Origin: Armatimonadia bacterium
Lineage (GTDB): Bacteria; Armatimonadota; Zipacnadia; Zipacnadales; JABUFB01
Direction of reading: 5' to 3'
Length of the DNA stretch: 64,000 nt
NCBI GenBank assembly: GCA_039679385.1
Contig: JBDKVB010000168.1
Coordinates: 334-64,333 of the forward strand
The notes beneath the pieces were generated by a model. It did no database searches and was not told the origin of the DNA. It saw only the letters and a program-made list of their open reading frames with translations. The translations under genes and the position numbers were made by a program. The first letter of the stretch is position 1. The number at the start of each line of letters is the position of its first letter. This document shows, piece after piece, positions 26,935-36,865 of this stretch.

Positions 26935-29438
26935 TCCTGCGGCGCCTTCATGTGCAGGGCTTTCGGTCACTGCGCGATCTCAGCATCGAGTTCGTCCACG
27001 GGCTCAATGTGGTGAAGGGACCCAACGAGGCCGGCAAGAGCACCTTGCAGGGCTCCATCGTGGCCTTGCTGTTTGGTGATCCGGGCAAGAAGAACCGCGA
27101 GATCGAGGCGATGAGGTCCTGGGGTGCGGAGACCTTGCCGGTGCTCGAAGGGGAGCTGGCTCCGAACAACTCGGACGGCTCTAGCAAGGGCGAAGAGAAG
27201 GTCTGGAGGCTGACCAAGGACTTCGAGCGCAAGCGTGCGCAGTTGACCCTGGAGGATGGAAGGGCACTGGGTGACCGGGGCAAGATCGCCGAACGCCTCA
27301 CGGAAGTGCTGGGAGTGGAGAGCCCGGACGTGTACACGGCGACCGGGTGCCTGCTCCAGCAGCAATGGGCGAAGGTGACTGCCGGGACGCAGATGCAGGA
27401 GCTGCTGCAGCAATCGGTGACAGGCGGAGCAGAGGGCACGGCGGCTCAGGACTTGCTGCGCAAGCTGGACAGGGCGATCACAGAGCTGGAAAAGGGCACG
27501 CGCGGACACCCGGCCAAGAACCCGGGCCCGCTGGCGGTGGCGAGTCAGCGGACGGAGGAACTTGGGGCGCAGTTGGCCACTGCCCGAGGAGAGGCCATGA
27601 CGGCGGAAGAGGCCCGGCTGCAGGTGGAGGCATCGCAGGCGCAGATTGCCGGGATCCAGGGCGAACTAGCTGAGGCAGAAGGGCTTGCCAAGCGTGTCGA
27701 GCAGTACCTGAAGCTGGAGCGGGAATCTGGTGAACTGCGGGAGCATCTGGACGGTATCAGTGCGACCGTCGAGACGGTGCAGAAGCTAGAGAGCGACATT
27801 TCAGTGATTGAGGGAGGATTGGCGCAGGGCCCGGCGGCGGATCCCCAGGTTGCGGCGGACGTAACGACCTGGCGGGACAGGTCTGTGGAGCGCGAGCAGG
27901 ACCTCGAGGAAGCACGCGGCAAGGTGGCCGAACTGGAGGAGCAGCGGCGGGACCTGGAAGCGCAAGTGCACCGAAGGCAGAAGGATACCGAAGGGCTATC
28001 GGCGGAGCTGGAGCGTGGACGTGGGTTGCAGGTTGAGCTGCAGGCGGCCCAGAGCGAGCAGGAGGAGCACCGACGGCGCAAGGAGGAATTGGCTGCGCAG
28101 ATCGAGGCAGGGGAGCGACGTCTGGCGCCTCGGCGGCCCTTGCTGATCGCGGGTGTGGTGGTATTCGTTGCCGGCGTGGCCCTGGGGCTGGCGGTCTCGG
28201 CGCCGCTGTATGCGGTGGCGGCAGTTGGGGTGGTGCTGGCAGGATGGGGCTGGTCACTGCGACCGCCGGAAGGATGGGAGAGCTGGCCGGCCCAGCGTGC
28301 CGAGGCAGGGAAAGCGGCTGAAGAGGCACGCCAGAGAGTGCAACGGGCGACGGACCAGCTTGCGCATCTGCTGTCGGTGAACCGGTCTGAGACCATGGAA
28401 GCGCTGGCCGGTGAGGTCGCGACTCGACAGGCAGCCTCGATCGAGGCGAAGGCGAGGCTGGAGAACTGCCACGTGAACCTGGGGGAGGCTCGCAAGCACG
28501 TCGGCCAGCAGGAGGACGTGATCCGGGCACTGCGGCTGAAGATCAAGCAGGCGGTGGCGGAGGCCGGGTTCGACAGCATCGAGGCGCTGGTCGAACGGGT
28601 GGAGGCACGGGCTGGAGCCGAGCGTCTGCTGGAGGCGAATCGCAAGAAGCGGGAAGGCGCACTCGGGTCGCAGACCCTGGAGGAGCTCGCGGCGAAGCGA
28701 CGGGAGCTATCTTTGCGGTGGAGCGGTCTGGACGAGCAACTGCGCAGCCCCGAGATGTTGATGGCGCGGATCTCGCCGGAGGAGTACCAGAAGCTGACCT
28801 CGCGTCTGGGGAGCCTGCGGACCTCGCTGGTGGAGGAGGAAGGCAGGCTGCGTGAGGCGGAGAAGACCGTGGCGGCTGCTCGCAATGACTCCGACAGTGT
28901 GAAGGCGCTGGAGGGCGATCTCGAGCAGACGCAACTTGAGCAGGAGCTGCTTCAGGACCGGCTCGCCGTGTGGACACTGGCCCGGGAAGTGATCGGTCAG
29001 GCGCGAGACGAGACCCTGGCGACCGTGACCGACCGGATCGGGCCGCGGATGGGCGAGTACCTGGCAATGCTGACGGACGGGCGGTATAGCACGGTGGCGC
29101 TGGACAGCCAGCTTCGGCCGTCCGTGATGGCTCCGGAGACTGGGGCAGAGGTGGCAGTGGGTAGTGAGCAGCAGGAGGCCGGGCTGAGCTGCGCCACGCG
29201 GGAGCAGGTGTTTCTGGCGGCGCGGTTGGCCCTGGTGGAGATGCTCTGGCCGCAGGGCGGTCCGCCGCTGCTGCTGGATGACCCGCTGGTGAACTTCGAT
29301 CCCGGACGTCGCAAGTCGGCGCTAAGGGCACTGCAGGCAGCGGCTGGCACGCACCAGGTGATCCTGTTCACGTGCAGTCACGAGTACGATGAGGTGGCGG
29401 ACAAGCTGATTGAGATGCCGGGACCAGCGGAGGGATAG
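26931..29438 (+). CDS. sbcC: SbcC/Rad50-like SMC-type ATPase
   Basis: The start overlaps the sbcD stop (ATGA). Walker A GPNEAGKST. Long coiled-coil middle region. C-terminal signature LSCATRE and Walker B LLLDDP. Short for SbcC at 835 aa. Confidence 0.8.
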   Translation: MILRRLHVQGFRSLRDLSIEFVHGLNVVKGPNEAGKSTLQGSIVALLFGDPGKKNREIEAMRSWGAETLPVLEGELAPNNSDGSSKGEEKVWRLTKDFERKRAQLTLEDGRALGDRGKIAERLTEVLGVESPDVYTATGCLLQQQWAKVTAGTQMQELLQQSVTGGAEGTAAQDLLRKLDRAITELEKGTRGHPAKNPGPLAVASQRTEELGAQLATARGEAMTAEEARLQVEASQAQIAGIQGELAEAEGLAKRVEQYLKLERESGELREHLDGISATVETVQKLESDISVIEGGLAQGPAADPQVAADVTTWRDRSVEREQDLEEARGKVAELEEQRRDLEAQVHRRQKDTEGLSAELERGRGLQVELQAAQSEQEEHRRRKEELAAQIEAGERRLAPRRPLLIAGVVVFVAGVALGLAVSAPLYAVAAVGVVLAGWGWSLRPPEGWESWPAQRAEAGKAAEEARQRVQRATDQLAHLLSVNRSETMEALAGEVATRQAASIEAKARLENCHVNLGEARKHVGQQEDVIRALRLKIKQAVAEAGFDSIEALVERVEARAGAERLLEANRKKREGALGSQTLEELAAKRRELSLRWSGLDEQLRSPEMLMARISPEEYQKLTSRLGSLRTSLVEEEGRLREAEKTVAAARNDSDSVKALEGDLEQTQLEQELLQDRLAVWTLAREVIGQARDETLATVTDRIGPRMGEYLAMLTDGRYSTVALDSQLRPSVMAPETGAEVAVGSEQQEAGLSCATREQVFLAARLALVEMLWPQGGPPLLLDDPLVNFDPGRRKSALRALQAAAGTHQVILFTCSHEYDEVADKLIEMPGPAEG

Positions 29439-29475
29439 GGAGAGGGACGAGGCATCGGCAAACCTGGGGCAAAGA

Positions 29476-29511
29476 AGACGGCCCGGAGACTGAGGGTGCT
29501 CCGGGCCGTCT
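29476..29511. terminator. bidirectional terminator hairpin between convergent sbcC and esterase genes
   Basis: AGACGGCCCGGAG-ACTGAGGGTG-CTCCGGGCCGTCT is a perfect 13-bp stem. The minus strand is followed by CTTCTTTG. Confidence 0.5.
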
Positions 29512-29523
29512 GTGTGAGTCGCG

Positions 29524-31311
29524 TCAGGGCATCAGGGCGAGGTCGTCCACGAAGAGATCGACGCCCTCCGGCACATCAAGGCGCAGCACACCGACTCGCG
29601 GCCCAAGCATCTCGATGGGCGGGGTGTCCTTGACGGTGAAGTCCGTCCAGAGCGCATTGACCTGCTGCCAGTTCGGGCCGAGTGGGATCGTCGCGGTCCG
29701 GCTGCAGATGAACTCGATTCGGTTGCCGTGCTCGTCCTCGCCGACAAGGACCAGCTTCAGGCCTGTGACGGTCTTCTCGTTGGCACTGCGCACGTAGAGG
29801 GTGACGCCCCTGGCGGCGCTCTTGCGCAGCATCTCGCCTCGGACGCCGTTCATCTCCCAGCGAGCAGGCCCGGTGAGGTGCAGGCCCTTGCTCCCGGTCC
29901 GCGCGGCGGCGCTTTCGATGACTCCACGGCCTGTACTGCGATCGACGTGCGGCCGGCGCCAGCGCATCTTTGCGAAGGGACCCTCGAAGGTCTCGGAAAG
30001 AAGGTCGGGCGTCGCCTGGCTTGCGTTGAAGGCGAGAGCCCGCGGGTCGACGGTGCCGATGAGGGTGCTCACCGTGACGTTGCGTTCGTCAGTGGCCAGG
30101 CCGTACCAGAGGATCGGGACGTCTGAGTCCTCGACGGGGAGGACGGCCCGGTAGTGGTTCTCGGCGACCTTCTCAGCGGTCACTGGTTTCCAGAGTCGGA
30201 AGCGAGCCGGGACATCGGCGGGCGAATAGACGGCCCAGACGTTGGCGAAGGGCACCGGCGCCTCGGCCGTCCAGTTGACCTCGATGCCCGTGTCGGTGGC
30301 GCGGGCCTGGTCGGTAGCAGTCAGCTTCGGGAAGGGCTTCTCGGTGCCGTCGAGGTAGTGGGCGAACCAGACGGTCTCCATGTGAGTGCGGTTGCGTCGC
30401 GAGTCGACCTTGGGTGGGCCGGCGGTGCCTCCGGGGACCGTGATGACGTGGCTGTCGTTGGGCGAGAAGACCCGGTTGGTGTAGCCCGGCATCTGGGCGA
30501 GAGTCTTGGTGACGGCCTCGGGCCAGAAGAACCAGTCATTGGAGGCTGCGCAGTTGAAGTAGGCGCAGCGGACTCCGGTGGCACGTCTCCCGGCGTCGAG
30601 GTTCCCGAGCCACAGGTTGCGGTCGGCGTCGGGCATGCGGTCGAGGGCGGCGCGCCAGGTGGAGGCCAGCTCGTAGAAGCCGCAGCCGTAGACCGCGAAG
30701 GCGGCGCGAACACGGTCACCGGCGAGGCCGCTGATCATGGTGGTCATGTACCCGCCCCAGGAGCCACCCCAGACGCCGACGCGGGAAGTGTCGACCTCGG
30801 GCCGACTGCGGAGCAGGGCGAGACCGTTGAGCGCGGCGACGACACCGTCAAAGAGGGAGCAGGTGTCGATGCGCCCCGCGATCTTGGGGGTGAAGGTCGA
30901 CCAGCCGTCGCGGACCCAGGGGCCAAGGGAGTTGGTTTTGGTGTAGTCGCAGATGCCGGGCTCGTCCTGACAGAAGGCGACATAGCCGCGCTGAGCCCAG
31001 GCCTCGGTCTGCGAGGCGACCATGTCGGCCGAAGCTGATCCGCCATGGCACACCAGGAGAGCGGGATGCTTGCCGGGTGCGAGCGGGCGGGCGAGGACAC
31101 CGTAGATGAGGACTTTCTCGCCGGTCTCAGGGAGGACGCGTGACAGAAAGCGCAGGCGGGTAACCTCGACGCCCTCGCGCTGATCGACCGAGAGTGTCTC
31201 GGCGATCTGGGGGCTCTTGTCTTCAAGCCAGGGTGCGAACACGTTCTGGGTCTGCGCCAGGGCGCAAGTGCCGGTTAGCAACATTGCCGATATCACCGCG
31301 AAGACACGCAT
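29524..31311 (-). CDS. secreted alpha/beta-hydrolase (acetyl xylan esterase/peptidase S9-like) with C-terminal beta-sandwich domain
   Basis: Signal peptide MRVFAVISAMLLTGTCALAQ. Nucleophile elbow GGSWGG. The N-terminal part resembles AXE1-type esterases. Confidence 0.65.
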   Translation of the reverse strand: MRVFAVISAMLLTGTCALAQTQNVFAPWLEDKSPQIAETLSVDQREGVEVTRLRFLSRVLPETGEKVLIYGVLARPLAPGKHPALLVCHGGSASADMVASQTEAWAQRGYVAFCQDEPGICDYTKTNSLGPWVRDGWSTFTPKIAGRIDTCSLFDGVVAALNGLALLRSRPEVDTSRVGVWGGSWGGYMTTMISGLAGDRVRAAFAVYGCGFYELASTWRAALDRMPDADRNLWLGNLDAGRRATGVRCAYFNCAASNDWFFWPEAVTKTLAQMPGYTNRVFSPNDSHVITVPGGTAGPPKVDSRRNRTHMETVWFAHYLDGTEKPFPKLTATDQARATDTGIEVNWTAEAPVPFANVWAVYSPADVPARFRLWKPVTAEKVAENHYRAVLPVEDSDVPILWYGLATDERNVTVSTLIGTVDPRALAFNASQATPDLLSETFEGPFAKMRWRRPHVDRSTGRGVIESAAARTGSKGLHLTGPARWEMNGVRGEMLRKSAARGVTLYVRSANEKTVTGLKLVLVGEDEHGNRIEFICSRTATIPLGPNWQQVNALWTDFTVKDTPPIEMLGPRVGVLRLDVPEGVDLFVDDLALMP

Positions 31312-31411
31312 GTTTTCGTTGCCTCACAGGAAAGTGACGATGGGATGTTGAATTCCTCCAGCGGACCGGGGATACCTGCACAGCACCCTAGTGACGGAGG
31401 GGTCGGCGCAG

Positions 31412-32476
31412 ATGCGCATTGGTGATGCGCTGGTACGAATGCCGCGTAGTGCGCTGCTGGCGCTCTGTTCGGTTCTGGTCCTCGTGGTAGGACTTGCGGA
31501 CTACGCCACCGGGCCGGAGTTGATGTTCTCCGACTTCTACCTGATACCGATTGCCGTGGCCTCCTGGTACCGGAGTCGTCGGTCCGGAATGCTCATGGCG
31601 GTGCTCAGCACTCTTACGTGGCTGACCATCGACGCGGCGAGCTCGCCATCGCCCGACCGCCCTCTGCTCGCGTACCACAACGCGGTCATGAACCTGATCT
31701 TTTACGTAATCGTGGCGTACGCGCTTTCGGGACTGCGGGCCTCTCGACAGATGCAGGTCCAGCTCACGGAGTTCATCGTGCATGACCTGCGGTCGCCGCT
31801 GATTACGCAGATGGTGGGCCTGAAGGCCCTGCGGGGCGCCGCCCTTGGTGGCTTCGGTGAGCGTCATGTCCGGTTGCTGGACATTGCGACCATCTCGGCG
31901 AACCGGATGATGACGCTGATCAACTCGCTTCTCGACCTGGCGCGGCTGGAGCACCGGAGGATGCCCGTGCAACTGCGCACGCGCGGGGTCATGGAGATGC
32001 TGAAGGTCTCACTGGACCAGGTCTCCCTGTGGGCAGATGACTTGCGGATACCCCTAAGGGTTGACATCGAGCCTGACGCGCTGCTGGTATACGCCGATGC
32101 CGACCTGACTTCCAGAGTGCTGGTCAACCTCGTCAGTAACGCGATCAAGCACAGCCCCCCACGAGCCCCGGTGGAGATCACTGTTCGCAGTTGTGGTGAC
32201 GGCAAGGTGCGGTTCAGTGTCTCGGACCAGGGTCCGGGCGTGCCTCGTGAGTATGTCAGTCGAGTGTTCGACCGGTTCCATCAAGTGCGGGCTCGGCAGG
32301 GAGGGGCAGCAGTGGGTACAGGGCTCGGGCTCACCTTCTGCCGACTGGCCATCGAGGCCCAGAGCGGCACGATCTCGCTGGAGAGCACGCCCCATGTGCT
32401 GACGACCTTCAGCTTTGTCCTTCCGGCCAGGGCGCCGCAGGTACGCGAGGGAGGAGACGGACTGGGTTCGGGCTGA
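31412..32476 (+). CDS. sensor histidine kinase with DUF4118-type membrane domain
   Basis: ATG at 31412 with GGAGGGG 8 nt upstream. FSDFYLIPIAVASW is DUF4118-like. H-box FIVHDLRSPL. ATPase N, G1 and G2 boxes (NLVSNAIKHS, DQGPGV, GTGLGL). No response regulator adjacent. Confidence 0.8.
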   Translation: MRIGDALVRMPRSALLALCSVLVLVVGLADYATGPELMFSDFYLIPIAVASWYRSRRSGMLMAVLSTLTWLTIDAASSPSPDRPLLAYHNAVMNLIFYVIVAYALSGLRASRQMQVQLTEFIVHDLRSPLITQMVGLKALRGAALGGFGERHVRLLDIATISANRMMTLINSLLDLARLEHRRMPVQLRTRGVMEMLKVSLDQVSLWADDLRIPLRVDIEPDALLVYADADLTSRVLVNLVSNAIKHSPPRAPVEITVRSCGDGKVRFSVSDQGPGVPREYVSRVFDRFHQVRARQGGAAVGTGLGLTFCRLAIEAQSGTISLESTPHVLTTFSFVLPARAPQVREGGDGLGSG

Positions 32477-32480
32477 TACC

Positions 32481-34007
32481 CTATCGGCTGTCCCACCAGC
32501 GTGCAGCGGCGGGGAAGGGAGGCGCAGGTGGCTGAGGTCGGGAGAGGTGCTGAACCCCGCTGATGTGTAGACCCTCGAAGTGGACCACGCAGGTAGCATC
32601 CCCGGCATCTCGGGGTCGCACGCCCCAGGTGGGCACGTCGTAGAGCAAGCTCACCGCCATGACGGTATCCTCCACGTTCCCGGGCAGACCCTCGAAGCGG
32701 AAGACGGTCCGCGGCGGAACCTCAGGAAGCACACGCTGGACCTCGGTGAGGACGGCCTGGCGCGCTTCGGCGTCGCGCTGAAGGTGAGCCTCAAGGCGCC
32801 ACAGAAGGCCAAGGTTGGCCAGCAGCACGAGTCCGGTTAGCCCCCACAGCAGGGCTCTTGGCCAGGAGCGCTGGGCCAGTCGGGTACTCAGGACGCAGAC
32901 CCCGTAGCCGAGGAGGAGCGCAAAGCCGGCTGCGGAGAGATAACGGTAGCGGGCTGCCACGGCGTACTCATAGGTGAAGGCCGTGAAGGGCAGGAAGGCA
33001 ACGTACATTCCTGCGACCAGATAGCGCACCGGGTCCGTGCCGCGTATCAGGAGATCCAGGGCGGCAAGTGTGAAGACGAGGCGCATCAAGTGTCCGCAGG
33101 GACCGACGAGGTCGGCAAGGCGAACGGTCAAGGCCCCCTGCAGCGCCTCACGGAACCCGCCGCGAGCGATGTCGGGTACGAGGAGCTGCGGCACGATGTC
33201 CAGCAGGTTGCGGAACATATGCGGTCCGAACCAGTAGAATCCCTCGGTGAGGCCGGAGAAGCTCGTGCCGGTCCCACGAGTGAGGGGCTGGATCAGGGCG
33301 TACAGGAGGCAGGCTGCGGCCAGAGGTAGATAGGCGGCCCAGTTGCGACCCTTCCAGGGCCAACGCTGCAGGGCGAGACAGTCAGCGAGGAAGACCAGAG
33401 GGAGGAGGACGATCGCGTCCTCCTTGCTGAGCATGGCGAGGAACCCGAGAACTGCCGCCCAGGCGAGGAAGCTGCGACGGCCCTCCCTGCGGAAGCGGAG
33501 GAACAGGACGATAGAGCAGATCACCAGGAAGCTGCAGAGGGGTCGATGGCCCGCTCCAATCCAGGTGACGGCCTGGTGGTTGCCCCAGAAGAGGGCGAAG
33601 CCAACAGCGCCCAGCAAGGCGGCTCGGCGATTGAGGAGCGTGGCGCCCAGCCAGTATACGGCCAGGGAGACCAGGAAGTGAGCGAGCAGCAGATAGCAGT
33701 AGTAGGGGACCGGGTTGGTCGCGCCGCCGAGGTGGTACAGGCTCAGGAAGACGAGATTGAAGAGGGGCGTGCAACCATTGTGGCCCACCAGGACTGCGCG
33801 CCAGACCTGCGGGTCACTGAGCCAGAGACGGGCCACGAGCAGCCAGTTGAAGTCATCTACGCGAAAGCCCAGCCTGAGGGCAGGAGCATAGGCAGCTAGG
33901 ACGCACAGAAGCAGAAGGGCTGCGACGCCTGACCGCCCGAAGGGGAGTCCGGTTGAGGGAGAGTCAGACGTCGCAGCAGAGTCATGGTCTGGGAGTGGTC
34001 GAGGCAT
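32481..34007 (-). CDS. polytopic membrane protein, possible PMT/ArnT-like (GT-C) glycosyltransferase
   Basis: 508 aa with about 11-13 TM segments. N-terminal DxD-like RVDDFNW lies in the first loop. The function call is weak. Confidence 0.45.
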   Translation of the reverse strand: MPRPLPDHDSAATSDSPSTGLPFGRSGVAALLLLCVLAAYAPALRLGFRVDDFNWLLVARLWLSDPQVWRAVLVGHNGCTPLFNLVFLSLYHLGGATNPVPYYCYLLLAHFLVSLAVYWLGATLLNRRAALLGAVGFALFWGNHQAVTWIGAGHRPLCSFLVICSIVLFLRFRREGRRSFLAWAAVLGFLAMLSKEDAIVLLPLVFLADCLALQRWPWKGRNWAAYLPLAAACLLYALIQPLTRGTGTSFSGLTEGFYWFGPHMFRNLLDIVPQLLVPDIARGGFREALQGALTVRLADLVGPCGHLMRLVFTLAALDLLIRGTDPVRYLVAGMYVAFLPFTAFTYEYAVAARYRYLSAAGFALLLGYGVCVLSTRLAQRSWPRALLWGLTGLVLLANLGLLWRLEAHLQRDAEARQAVLTEVQRVLPEVPPRTVFRFEGLPGNVEDTVMAVSLLYDVPTWGVRPRDAGDATCVVHFEGLHISGVQHLSRPQPPAPPFPAAARWWDSR

Positions 34008-34013
34008 CCAGTG

Positions 34014-35006
34014 CTATTCCCAGGGATGCAGGACGACCTTGGCCGCCTGCGCTGAAGCGAAGGTGCTGAAGGCCTGCCCGACTTGTGTGAAGCCGAAGGT
34101 GTGGCTGATGGTCTTGCGGGCGCCAGAGAAGCGGCGCAGGAAGGTCACGAGGTCATCGAAGGAGTTCAGGTTCTGGTGCCAGCAGGTGATGATCTCGATG
34201 CCGCGGCGGATCCCATCGCGGCTGGGGCTGAAGTCGATGGTGCCCTGGTTCTCGCCGATGAAGGCGACCTTGCCGAGGCAACGCAGGGCGTCGATGCAGA
34301 GACGCTCGCCCTCGGGACGTCCTGAAGCATCGATCGCGCGGTGGACGCCCTCGCCGTAGGTTCGTTCGCGGATAAGGGTGAGAGCATCGGAGGCAGTCGG
34401 GTCGAGAGTCAGGTCGGCGCCAAGTTGTTCAGCGAGATCGCGCCGCCAGGGATTGGGCTCGACGCCGATTACCTGCGCACCGAGGAACCTGGCCAGGGCA
34501 ACAGCTCCGAGACCGACCGGGCCCAGGCCGTTGATGAGCACGGTGTGGAAGGCAGTGACGCCGAGGCGTGTGAGGGCCTGGAAGGCGGGAGACAAGCCGC
34601 AGCCCATGAGGGAGCACAGGTCGTCGTCGAGATCGTCGGGCAGCCTGGGGCACAGCCATTCCTGCTTGCGCACGTACTGGGCGAAGTGCCCGCCACTGCC
34701 AGCCGGCTTGTTGGGGCAGTGGATGTAGTCGCCCTGCCGGCATAGCCAGCACTCCCCGCAGCCGGACGCCGGGTTCAGCAGCACACGGTCGCCAACGCGC
34801 AGGTGTCGGGCAGCGTCCACGGCGACCACCTCGCCGACGCCTTCGTGGCCACCTCCGGCGTGACGACCCTCGTGCCGGTAGGAGTGCATGTCACTGCCGC
34901 AGATTGGCGAGGCAGTGACCTTGACGACCACCCACTCGCCTTCGGGGGTCGGGTCCGGTGCGTCCTCCAGCCATGCTTTGCCATCACCAAGCACCACATG
35001 CTTCAT
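34014..35006 (-). CDS. zinc-dependent alcohol dehydrogenase (MDR family)
   Basis: Catalytic zinc motif CGSDMH. Structural zinc cysteines GCGECWLCRQGDYIHC. Rossmann motif GLGPVGLG. Confidence 0.85.
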   Translation of the reverse strand: MKHVVLGDGKAWLEDAPDPTPEGEWVVVKVTASPICGSDMHSYRHEGRHAGGGHEGVGEVVAVDAARHLRVGDRVLLNPASGCGECWLCRQGDYIHCPNKPAGSGGHFAQYVRKQEWLCPRLPDDLDDDLCSLMGCGLSPAFQALTRLGVTAFHTVLINGLGPVGLGAVALARFLGAQVIGVEPNPWRRDLAEQLGADLTLDPTASDALTLIRERTYGEGVHRAIDASGRPEGERLCIDALRCLGKVAFIGENQGTIDFSPSRDGIRRGIEIITCWHQNLNSFDDLVTFLRRFSGARKTISHTFGFTQVGQAFSTFASAQAAKVVLHPWE

Positions 35007-35076
35007 CGCAGCTCACCTCGTGAGTGCTCTCCTGCAGATCGTCAGGAACGACTCGTGGACCAGGGGGCTCTGGCTG

Positions 35077-35724
35077 CTAGCCGGTGAGAGCCCTCATCAT
35101 GGCGTCGGCGATGACCATGTGTCCGGTGTGATTCGGGTGAACCGGCTCCGGGCAGAAAGCCTCGGCCTCGCGGTACTGAAGGTGCTGCTGGAACAGCTCC
35201 TGGGTCTTGAGGTGGTAGGCGTTGTACTTGGCTGCCATCTCATGGACCACGGCGATGTACTGGGGGATGAGGTCCAGCACCGTGCTGCGGAAGCTCTGAC
35301 CGGTCTCGCGGTCGAGGCTGATGTAGAAGGGGTCCAGCAGGAGCAGGTTGGCGCCGGTCTTCTCGCGGGTGGTCGCGAGGATGGAATCGTAGCGCTCGCG
35401 GTAGGTCTCGACGGATACGCCATTGGCCGGATCACGTAGGAACCCGTGGAGGTCGTTGATGCCGATGAGGATCGAGACCCAGTCTGGCTGATGGCGGATC
35501 ACGTCGTCTTCCCAGCGGTCGCGCAGACCGGTGACGCGGTCGCCGCTGATGCCCTTGTTGAGGTAGCGGACCTTGCGCTCGGGGAAGGCTGCGGTCATGC
35601 GCTCGATGAAGATCGACGGGTAGCCGCCGCCGAAGGGTGCAGAAGCGGCACGGCGGCCACAGTCGGTGATGCTATCGCCCTGAAACAAGAACAACTGTCC
35701 GTCAAGAACGGGGAAGTCTCCCAT
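35077..35724 (-). CDS. SGNH/GDSL hydrolase family protein
   Basis: Start at 35724 (ATG) with GGAGGAGAA RBS. GDS motif LFQGDSITD. Blocks GINDL and DxxH (VHPNHTGH). Confidence 0.75.
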   Translation of the reverse strand: MGDFPVLDGQLFLFQGDSITDCGRRAASAPFGGGYPSIFIERMTAAFPERKVRYLNKGISGDRVTGLRDRWEDDVIRHQPDWVSILIGINDLHGFLRDPANGVSVETYRERYDSILATTREKTGANLLLLDPFYISLDRETGQSFRSTVLDLIPQYIAVVHEMAAKYNAYHLKTQELFQQHLQYREAEAFCPEPVHPNHTGHMVIADAMMRALTG

Positions 35725-35829
35725 CGTTCTCCTCCCTTGGGTGCGTAGCAGAATGAACAGGGCTGGTTCGACGGACCTGTAGAGGAGACCTGCCCCAGTT
35801 TCGCTCTGCACAGAACAGTCAGCGGGAGT

Positions 35830-36804
35830 CTAGACCAGTGCGACGTTGCAGACAGCGTCGCGCAAGGGGTGCATGAGGTCCGAGAAGGCCGGATCGTCGA
35901 TGAGGGTGGAGTAGTCGGAGAGGACCAGAGCATCGGCGCCGGCCCGAGCTGCGAAGTGGACGGTATCGACGGCACGGTCCCTGGCGTTTGGGGAGGTGTT
36001 GAGCCACAGGGCGCACTGCTTGCCGTAGTTGCGTGCGATCCCGCCCAGGGAACGGTTGGCCTCGCGGACACCGAACTCCATATCCCAGCCCATCTCCTGC
36101 CAGGGGATGGCGACACAGAGTCCATCCACGCCGGAGCAAGCGGTGAGAGGAGCGGCGTCCTCAGTGCCGGTGTAGCGCTGTTCGCGAGAGGTATGCAGAG
36201 TGGGCATGACCAGCGACTGCAGCTTGCGATCCACAGACTGCACGGCGGCAGCGGCGGCCAGCAGGAAGATCAGGACGGCATTGCGGCGGAACTCGAGGAC
36301 CTCGTCAGTGAGTTCGTGAGGCATCTCGCGGCCATAGCTGGCGCGGAAGAGCCGAGTGCAGTACTGGCAGCGACAGCCCCAGACGCCACGGGTGTGATAG
36401 AAGGCGGGCTCATCCCAGACGAAGCCCCGGCACTCCAGCAGCCAGGCAAGAGTGCGCATGCTCGAGGAGAACCACTCGAGGAAGCGTGGGTGATTGGGGC
36501 AAGCCTTGCGCAGGCGCCGCCCCCGCGAGTCGATCTGGCAAGTGTCCGGATGGGTGTGCACGAAGAGACTGTCGACAGAGGGATCGGGGTCGAGGAAGCG
36601 GCCATAGCCCCAGGGCATGGCATAGGTGACCAGGCCGTCATTGCGGGCTCGTCGCATGAAGGCGGCTACGTCATCGACCTGCCAGCGGAGCTCGTCCTCA
36701 TAGCAGGCAACGAAGACCGCGCCGAAGCCCAGACGGTTGAGCAGTCCGGTGTCTACGGTCTTGAGAGCGCCGACGCCGCCTGTGACGGAGATGCCGACGT
36801 TCAT
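35830..36804 (-). CDS. hypothetical protein (possible TIM-barrel enzyme, Cys-rich CxCxxC motif)
   Basis: 324-aa ORF with coding-like composition. WGCRCQYCTR motif. No family recognised. Confidence 0.45.
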   Translation of the reverse strand: MNVGISVTGGVGALKTVDTGLLNRLGFGAVFVACYEDELRWQVDDVAAFMRRARNDGLVTYAMPWGYGRFLDPDPSVDSLFVHTHPDTCQIDSRGRRLRKACPNHPRFLEWFSSSMRTLAWLLECRGFVWDEPAFYHTRGVWGCRCQYCTRLFRASYGREMPHELTDEVLEFRRNAVLIFLLAAAAAVQSVDRKLQSLVMPTLHTSREQRYTGTEDAAPLTACSGVDGLCVAIPWQEMGWDMEFGVREANRSLGGIARNYGKQCALWLNTSPNARDRAVDTVHFAARAGADALVLSDYSTLIDDPAFSDLMHPLRDAVCNVALV

Positions 36805-36865
36805 GGGATGCCCTTCCCTGGAACGGTCTGTTGGCCTCAGGGGCCGAGGCGTACGAACCGAGTCA

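Noticed and set aside
25789-29438. SbcCD as a novel defence system (Lamassu/Gabija-like)
   Set aside because: The Mre11-like nuclease plus Rad50-like ATPase with coiled coil fit ordinary SbcCD. SbcC is short at 835 aa, but motifs are canonical and there are no additional effector genes.
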